Below are positions 57,594 through 64,000 of a DNA stretch of 64,000 nt, one piece after another. A program made the position numbers and the translations under genes. The stretch covers positions 1-64,000 of the forward strand of contig JBEKXL010000013.1 in assembly GCA_049512075.1 (NCBI GenBank), read 5' to 3'. How positions within the stretch are numbered: the stretch's first letter is position 1; each line of letters starts with the position of its first letter. This DNA is from Candidatus Bathyarchaeia archaeon. GTDB taxonomy: Archaea > Thermoproteota > Bathyarchaeia > Bathyarchaeales > Bathycorpusculaceae. The notes below the pieces were generated by a model. That model searched no databases. It saw only the letters and a list, made by a program, of their open reading frames with translations, and was not told where the DNA came from.

Positions 57594-58661
57594 ATGACGC
57601 GTCCCTATGTAGTTCCTGAACCGCCAGAATTGACACATCAAATCGATGAGATTGTTGCTAGAATTCAGCCATTATGGAATGAGAGAAACTTTGCCGCTGC
57701 AGAACAATTGTTCAGAGAATATTATGAGACAATGAGACAATATGAAGAAAGACTTCCAGAAGGAAGAAGGTTTCACAAAGGTACACCTTTGCACAATTGG
57801 GGTATTTCAATTCTGCTGCAAGAAGATGTCGCCAGAATTAGAGAGGCTCTCAGGAAAATCTTTCTTGCATACATAGAAGACCTACTAGACTTTGATAATT
57901 TACAGCAGGTTCACTCAGCTCCTGCTTACAAAACACTGAAAACAAGCCCACTCCTTCCCGAAACTTTTGACTCCGCCGAGGCTAGAGTAGAGGAATTGAG
58001 AACAGCTGGACGAATTCCAAAGAATCCAGAGGATGTCTTGACTCCGCAGTTGAGGATGGAAATTCAACCAGGACTCCCTCAAGTCAATACAAGAAAACTT
58101 AAGACAGTTTTCGTCGTACATGGCAGAAATAGGGAAGCCAGAGATTCGATGTTCCTATTTTTGAAGTCACTGGGTCTGAACCCGATAAATCTGTCGGAAA
58201 CAATAGTTCAGAGCGGACAAGTCACGCCTTACATAGGCCAAGCTCTAGATTATGCTTTTTCTCTTGCTCAAGCAGTTGTAGTTCTGATGACTCCTGATGA
58301 CATTGGATGCTTACGAAGGGCATTCAGAAAAACAAATGATATGTCACACGATACCAAATTCACGCCGCAGGCTCGACTAAATGTGATTTTCGAAGCAGGA
58401 ATGGCGATGGGAGGGGACTTTCGCAAAAGAACAATACTGGTGGAATTGGGTCAACTGCGACAACTAACTGACTTGAGCGGTCTTCTTATGGTTAGGCTGG
58501 ATAATACCCCTGAAAAACGACAAGACCTCATAGCTAGACTAAGAAACTGCGGTTGCATTGTTGATGACTCAGGTGGCAGATGGCTTCGAGAGGGTGACTT
58601 TGAAAAAGCCCTGATTCAAAAAGAGAACTTCTTCGAACGATTTGTGCTTTCACATCTCTAG
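57594..58661 (+). CDS. Helical N-terminal domain + TIR-like (CAP12/Pycsar-type) nucleotide-binding domain protein
   Basis: VFVVHGRN, AVVVLMTPDD, QARLNVIFEAGMAMG, TDLSG. Confidence 0.88.
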   Translation: MTRPYVVPEPPELTHQIDEIVARIQPLWNERNFAAAEQLFREYYETMRQYEERLPEGRRFHKGTPLHNWGISILLQEDVARIREALRKIFLAYIEDLLDFDNLQQVHSAPAYKTLKTSPLLPETFDSAEARVEELRTAGRIPKNPEDVLTPQLRMEIQPGLPQVNTRKLKTVFVVHGRNREARDSMFLFLKSLGLNPINLSETIVQSGQVTPYIGQALDYAFSLAQAVVVLMTPDDIGCLRRAFRKTNDMSHDTKFTPQARLNVIFEAGMAMGGDFRKRTILVELGQLRQLTDLSGLLMVRLDNTPEKRQDLIARLRNCGCIVDDSGGRWLREGDFEKALIQKENFFERFVLSHL

Positions 58662-58688
58662 CATATCGTGCATCAGAAGAACAAGAAA

Positions 58689-60104
58689 CTATCGATAAAG
58701 TCGTTCAAGCAGAGGGTTCTCACGAAATAGCTTTTTGTCTTGAATATCCTCCAGTTTAAAGTCGGGATTCCTGCTTTTCATCATTATCAAAGCTTTCAAG
58801 AAAGGTTGTTCCCATTCTTCGACCGCTTTCTCCTTCTTCAATTTGCCAAAGTTATGGTTCACTAGAATGCCGAAGCGTTCTTCTGGCGGGAGGATTCTGG
58901 GGAAGTTAAATACAAGCACGTTAAATGATACAAATGCGGCAACCAGACCAACATAGCTTGGGAATAAGCTTTCACCTTGAACATTTGTAGCTGCCAGGGC
59001 AAGAATGGACAATAGGTATGCGATAATGCCTATAATCACGACATATAGAATTACTAGAATAGCGATTAGGGGGTTTAACCACCATGGTTTCTCAAACTTG
59101 TCGTCCACTAGCTTGACCAGCTTTTTGATGTCAGGATGGTGCGTAGGTTCATTTGAAGGGCTAGGGACCGCACTCTCCACTAGGGTTTGTTCTGTTTTTC
59201 CTCTCTCGGCGTAGAAAGATTTCAGAGCTTCCACCAAAAAGGTAACGAAGAAGGCAGAGAAAACACCTGTCACGAATATTGCTATCTCTCTGTAAGCTTG
59301 CCCAGTAGGATTGACAAAATTGCATACCAGTGTCTGAGCATATTGTCCCCCCAGAAAGTCTAATGAGAACATAATCCATCTTTGGTCCTGCCTCACGTAA
59401 TATTCTATTGGACCAGGTTGACTGTCAGAGTATAAACTTGAGGGTGGAAGTCTAAGTGATACTATGAAGGGCGCGTTCAAAGTCATTTGTGAGGCTGGAT
59501 ATGTGAATGCTGACATTTCCTGAGACCAAATTCCATTAACGTTGCCAAAGAAAGTGAAGATTGCACTTTGGCTCGCCCCGAATGAATCACCAATTGCGAT
59601 AAGGTTTTCCTGAACTCTTATTGATACCCCGAGAGTTAGTTCGTCTTGAATGGGGGGATAATACCCAAAAAGCCATGGGAAACTCGGATTGACATCAAGA
59701 CTTGCGTTTACTATGGAAGAACCAAGAGTACTGTTGAATATGAGATTAGTTGAAAAATTGCCAACACTAGGCTTGCCCTCAAGAGGCAAAGGCGAATACA
59801 TACTATAGTCATGAATGGCATACGCACCAGCGTTCAAGGCCTGATAGGGAAGCAGGACATAGATGAAGTATTTCTCAGTCTGATTGAATCTAAAAGTGAC
59901 TTCTACATTAATGGTTTGGTCAGGAATGTCAATAGAGATTTCAGTCTTGTTCAAATCAGCATCTGGGGTTGGCCCAACTCCAATCTCAAGAGGACCCTTA
60001 GGCGGATTCTGGTTCGCGGGCAGAGAAACAAAAATGACAGGAATAGCAGTTATGATAGCAAAGAGTATAGCAAGCACTACATATAATTTGGTATTGCGAT
60101 TCAA
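58689..60104 (-). CDS. Hypothetical membrane protein with a large extracellular beta domain
   Basis: N-terminal TM, sequon-rich domain, three further TM segments; start inferred. Confidence 0.7.
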   Translation of the reverse strand: MNRNTKLYVVLAILFAIITAIPVIFVSLPANQNPPKGPLEIGVGPTPDADLNKTEISIDIPDQTINVEVTFRFNQTEKYFIYVLLPYQALNAGAYAIHDYSMYSPLPLEGKPSVGNFSTNLIFNSTLGSSIVNASLDVNPSFPWLFGYYPPIQDELTLGVSIRVQENLIAIGDSFGASQSAIFTFFGNVNGIWSQEMSAFTYPASQMTLNAPFIVSLRLPPSSLYSDSQPGPIEYYVRQDQRWIMFSLDFLGGQYAQTLVCNFVNPTGQAYREIAIFVTGVFSAFFVTFLVEALKSFYAERGKTEQTLVESAVPSPSNEPTHHPDIKKLVKLVDDKFEKPWWLNPLIAILVILYVVIIGIIAYLLSILALAATNVQGESLFPSYVGLVAAFVSFNVLVFNFPRILPPEERFGILVNHNFGKLKKEKAVEEWEQPFLKALIMMKSRNPDFKLEDIQDKKLFRENPLLERLYR

Positions 60105-60261
60105 TCTGCGCTTCCCCTCGTAATGGACATTATGACCAAGATTTAAGAAGTTTGGTTGCTTGTTTCGAGCCTTGGACGGAGAATAGCACACGCCAAGTCC
60201 TTCTTTTTTCCAAACCTAAAGCTGTTAATAGAAGGTTGCACTAAGCAGCGTAGACCAAAAA

Positions 60262-60954
60262 ATGATAATTGGGTGGGCAGCTAAGAAGACTCGTGATTTT
60301 TGCGTTTTGGCTGTCTGCATACTTATGATACCTACAATTATTGTCGCCTTGTCTGTGCCAGAATATCAATCAGCGGCACAGAAGGCTGCATCACAAGAAG
60401 ACGTAACTTATTTCAAGGGGATACTTAGCAGAAGCTACAACTACACAGAACTGATTCTGTGGGAAAATCAACATATAACCTACTCTGAAAACACGAACAT
60501 GCAGCGAAACACTGACCCGATAAAGATTCTTGAATATGGGAAAGGCGCGTGTATGGAATTTGCCATTCTCTATGCTGCGTTGTGCATTTCTCAAGGGTAT
60601 CGATGCAGAATTGTAGAGTTCCCTCTTAACGACCATGCAACTAACGAGGTTTGGAACGGCAGCAGATGGATTTCTGTCGATGCGTCTGCTAATCCTCAAG
60701 GATATGTGAACAACCCATTGATATACGAAAGGGAAGGACAACCACCACGAATGCTAGCACTAGCATTCGAAGGCTCATCAATTGTTGAGGTGACGGGAAC
60801 TTATCGAAGTGACCACTGGAATGTGTTATCAGCACCCACTCTAGTGATTGCTGTCGTGACGGTATGGTGTTTCTTCTGTTTTTGCTTTGTTTGGAGCAAC
60901 AAACAGACATTGCTGATGAAAGCAAGACGCATAGGCAAATTAGAACGCTTTTGA
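60262..60954 (+). CDS. Membrane-anchored transglutaminase-like (PNGase-core-like) protein
   Basis: GACMEFA, DH..NEVW, WISVD Cys-His-Asp triad; terminal TMs. Confidence 0.85.
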   Translation: MIIGWAAKKTRDFCVLAVCILMIPTIIVALSVPEYQSAAQKAASQEDVTYFKGILSRSYNYTELILWENQHITYSENTNMQRNTDPIKILEYGKGACMEFAILYAALCISQGYRCRIVEFPLNDHATNEVWNGSRWISVDASANPQGYVNNPLIYEREGQPPRMLALAFEGSSIVEVTGTYRSDHWNVLSAPTLVIAVVTVWCFFCFCFVWSNKQTLLMKARRIGKLERF

Positions 60955-61016
60955 AATCACGTGCGATAGACGCCGACGGCAGCGTAACGGTTCGCAAGGC
61001 TTAACGCTCTTCTTTT

Positions 61017-61154
61017 TTGAGTGCTGAACCCTTGCAACAGAAGTGCCCCCTGTGCGGACGGAAACAGTCTGTCCCCCTGCAGGCCACGGTTTATCGCTGC
61101 AAGTGGTGTAAGGCGCGAATAGTCGTAACTACCTACGCCACCATTGGGAGTTAA
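61017..61154 (+). CDS. 45-aa zinc-ribbon protein ending inside the right att repeat (not in ORF track)
   Basis: MSAEPLQQKCPLCGRKQSVPLQATVYRCKWCKARIVVTTYATIGS*. Confidence 0.55.
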   Translation: MSAEPLQQKCPLCGRKQSVPLQATVYRCKWCKARIVVTTYATIGS

Positions 61155-61219
61155 GTTAAAGAATGAGCAGAGTATATCATAGAGACAATTTGGACATGGA
61201 GAGGGCTGGGAAGGCTTAA

Positions 61220-62746
61220 GTGGCTCAAACAACGTTTGAAGAGATAAGTGCTGCGGATTTTTTCTACAGGAATAGGGATATCGCAGGATTTACGAACCCT
61301 TCGAGAGCCATCTTTGTGGCTGTAAGAGAGCTTGTTGAGAACTCTTTGGACGCAGCTGAGAGCCACCAGATTCCGCCAGAAATTTACGTTCGTTTATCAT
61401 ATGAGGGAGAGGCTAGCCAGGACACACAGATTTACAAGTTGAGGGTTGAAGACAACGGCACAGGAGTTCCTCCAAGACACATTCCGTCAGCCTTTGGACA
61501 GATTCTGTTCGGTTCAAAATACAAGCTGAAGCAGCAGAGAGGCACGTTCGGCTTGGGCGGGAAAATGGCCATTCTGTATGGCCAAATTACGACACATCAA
61601 CCTGCTACCATCGTGTCAAGCACGGGAATATCAAAGACGTACATGTACAAGCTCATGATTGACATTCAGAGAAACCGCCCTTTGATAGTGGACCGAAGAG
61701 TCCTCATCAACAAGGAGATGTGGAGGGGGACAATTGTTGAGTTCACTCTCGAAGGCGACTATTTCAGAGCGATGCCCAAAATCCTGGATTATCTCAAGCA
61801 GACCGCCATGGTTAACCCCTACGCAAACCTCACCTTCGTTGATCCGAAAGGAAGACTCTACAAGTTCACCAGAATTACAAAAGAGATGCCCCCGCCACCG
61901 AAAGAGACATTGCCACATCCGTACGGCGTGGACGTAGAGCTTCTTCAGCGGCTCATACAGATAACACCCTACGCGAGCATGAACGAGTTCTTGAGGTTCC
62001 ACTTCCACAGAGTGGGCGACATCACCGCGCGAAAGTTTCTGGAATTCAGCAACATAAGTCCATCCAAGAACCCGAAGAAGCTTTCCCATGAGGAAATCGT
62101 TAGGCTCATGCACATGCTCAAGAGGTTCAGGGAGTTTCTGCCGCCAGACGCAAGCTGTCTGTCACCCCTGGGCGAAGACCTGCTGAAAGCAGGTATCGTG
62201 AAAGAATTGAAACCCGAGTTCGTGGTCGTCCATCAGCGCAAACCCTCAACCTACTCAGGCCACCCATTCATCGTCGAAGTCGGCATCGCTTACGGCGGAG
62301 AGATTCCCAAGAAAGGAGTCTTTCTAGTGTATCGTTTTGCGAACAGAATCCCATTACTATATGACGAGGCGAACGACGTTTCGTTCAGAGTTATAACGGC
62401 AATGAATTGGCGCAGATACCGAGTCATGCCTGACATGCCCATCGCAATACTGGTGCACATCTGCAGCACAAAGGTGCCCTACAAGACCGTTGGAAAAGAG
62501 TTCATAGCTGACAGGCCTGAGGTTAGAAAAGAGATAGCCAACGGACTGCGCGAAGTTGCGCGTCAAATCCAGCATTTCCTGTCGAGAAGAGAACACGTGG
62601 ACAGGGAGCGCAAAAGACTGGGTGTCTTCAACAAGTACCTTCCGAAAATAGCTCAGTTTTCAACTCAACTGGCGGGGAGAGAAAAACCGCCTGATATAGA
62701 GAAATTATTGGCGAGTGTGCAGAAGTATGGGGCCGAAGAAGCATAA
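61220..62746 (+). CDS. top6B: DNA topoisomerase VI subunit B
   Basis: ELVENSLDA, EDNGTG, GSK, RG.FGLG GHKL motifs; RFANRIPL, STKVPY. Confidence 0.97.
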   Translation: MAQTTFEEISAADFFYRNRDIAGFTNPSRAIFVAVRELVENSLDAAESHQIPPEIYVRLSYEGEASQDTQIYKLRVEDNGTGVPPRHIPSAFGQILFGSKYKLKQQRGTFGLGGKMAILYGQITTHQPATIVSSTGISKTYMYKLMIDIQRNRPLIVDRRVLINKEMWRGTIVEFTLEGDYFRAMPKILDYLKQTAMVNPYANLTFVDPKGRLYKFTRITKEMPPPPKETLPHPYGVDVELLQRLIQITPYASMNEFLRFHFHRVGDITARKFLEFSNISPSKNPKKLSHEEIVRLMHMLKRFREFLPPDASCLSPLGEDLLKAGIVKELKPEFVVVHQRKPSTYSGHPFIVEVGIAYGGEIPKKGVFLVYRFANRIPLLYDEANDVSFRVITAMNWRRYRVMPDMPIAILVHICSTKVPYKTVGKEFIADRPEVRKEIANGLREVARQIQHFLSRREHVDRERKRLGVFNKYLPKIAQFSTQLAGREKPPDIEKLLASVQKYGAEEA

Positions 62747-63818
62747 GAGCAGTATACTGGAGAGAAAAAAAGAGGTTCTGAAGGGCTTGCAGAATCTTGG
62801 ATCCAGCATTTACGATCAAATGGACCAAGGAAATTTCCCTTCCATAGACATGCCAAGCCGCTCAACAGACAACATCGCCTACGATGAGCAGCTTAGACAA
62901 TTCATCCTAGGCGACCGAAGGGTTCGAAGAAGCGTCCGGAACCTCCGACATTTGAAGCCTTTCGCCCAACTCGTGTGGGCTGCACTGTTCTCTAATGAGC
63001 TCTCTTCGCAGCGCAAGACGTCAACTCTGAGAGACGTGTACTATTCCGCCCAGGCTTATGACATGACCTTCAAAGATCAACAGGAATCCAACAACATCAT
63101 AACAGATCTAGAAACTATACTGGGCTTTTCGAGAGAGGATTTTAACATCTTCCCAGAAGAGCGCTCAGCGGTTTTTGGTGACCTGACAATAGAATACACC
63201 GTGCCTGGCTATGAAGGAAAAACCCTTGACTTAACCTCGCATCCGGACGGCGTGCTAATCGGCCCAGCATTGACCTCTTCAGAGTTTGTACGAACGTCGG
63301 CAGACAAAGTCATAGCCATAGAAAAAGGTGGTCTGTTCACACGGTTCATAGAGGAAAACGTGCACAAAAAATACAACTCCATTCTCGTGTGTACGGCTGG
63401 GCAAGCACCTAGGGCAACTAGGCACTTTATCCGAAGGTTAAGCGAAGAGCTCAATCTTCCTGTCTATGTTTTCACCGACGGAGATCCTTGGGGAATGCAC
63501 ATAGCCATGGTCATAATCTCAGGTTCTGCTAATGCTGCGCATTTGAGGGAGCTTAACACTCCTGACGCGAAATGGAGCGGAGTGTGGGCGACGGACATTG
63601 TCAACTACAAGTTGCCGACCGACCCGCTTGACGAGATGGACATGAAGCGACTTTATGAGCTGCAGAAGGACCCGCGTTACAAGGATCCGCTATGGCGGAG
63701 GGAAATAAAGACCTTCATGAAAATCAAGAAGAAGGCCGAGCAGGAGGCTTTCAGCAGATACGGCTTAACGTACATTGTCGACGAGTATCTGCCTCGAAAA
63801 CTTGAAGAGACAAAGTAG
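62727..63818 (+). CDS. top6A: DNA topoisomerase VI subunit A
   Basis: TLRDVYY catalytic Tyr, IEKGG, DGDPWG, KAEQEA. Confidence 0.97.
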   Translation: MGPKKHKSSILERKKEVLKGLQNLGSSIYDQMDQGNFPSIDMPSRSTDNIAYDEQLRQFILGDRRVRRSVRNLRHLKPFAQLVWAALFSNELSSQRKTSTLRDVYYSAQAYDMTFKDQQESNNIITDLETILGFSREDFNIFPEERSAVFGDLTIEYTVPGYEGKTLDLTSHPDGVLIGPALTSSEFVRTSADKVIAIEKGGLFTRFIEENVHKKYNSILVCTAGQAPRATRHFIRRLSEELNLPVYVFTDGDPWGMHIAMVIISGSANAAHLRELNTPDAKWSGVWATDIVNYKLPTDPLDEMDMKRLYELQKDPRYKDPLWRREIKTFMKIKKKAEQEAFSRYGLTYIVDEYLPRKLEETK

Positions 63819-64000
63819 GAAGAGGCGAAATCTAAAATAACCCTTTGCCGCTAAAGTTTGCCGCTTTGTCTGTTTTTCTAATATTGTCATCTTTCTTCAC
63901 TTCCTATTAACGGCAAGAGAAATCGTGCATTCTGAAGCCAGTACTAACAATGTGTGTAATCCAACTATGATACGGATGGGTTCAAATCTCAACAAATCAT

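Larger units (their letters stand above)
41010..61160. mobile_element. ~20.1-kb integrative element inserted between cdd and top6B
   Basis: 12-bp direct repeat AGTTAAGTTAAA at 41010-41021 and 61149-61160; integrase operon at the left end; accessory and defence cargo between two housekeeping genes. Confidence 0.8.

Overview
Archaeal chromosomal window. The gene content (PolB1, topoisomerase VI, TopA, CarS, AglB/AglH, aIF-1A, ABCE1, Cgi121, dockerin-tailed and beta-helix surface proteins) points to a TACK archaeon, most likely Bathyarchaeia (inference). About 5-41 kb and 61-64 kb are mostly housekeeping genes, including a ftcd-hutI-hutU histidine-catabolism cluster. A ~20.1 kb integrative element (41010-61160) is bounded by a 12-bp direct repeat, AGTTAAGTTAAA. 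It carries an atypical tyrosine recombinase, a Type I R-M system, a TIR-like protein, a LAGLIDADG nuclease, a serpin and surface proteins, interleaved with families of structured non-coding repeats. The most striking signal is about 30 short alternating (CG)n tracts, nearly all outside intact core genes. Several sit exactly at deletion or truncation breakpoints: an internally deleted XPD helicase, a truncated flavin reductase, two dockerin remnants and truncated repeat copies. This suggests an undescribed DNA joining or rearrangement process that leaves (CG)n scars. Other highlights are a 130-bp copy of aglB embedded in an island membrane transcription factor, a riboswitch-like leader on queT, a dispersed TTACA 12-bp-period repeat, and extreme CpG depletion of the R-M genes. 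All calls come from reading the sequence and ORF track by eye; no searches were run.
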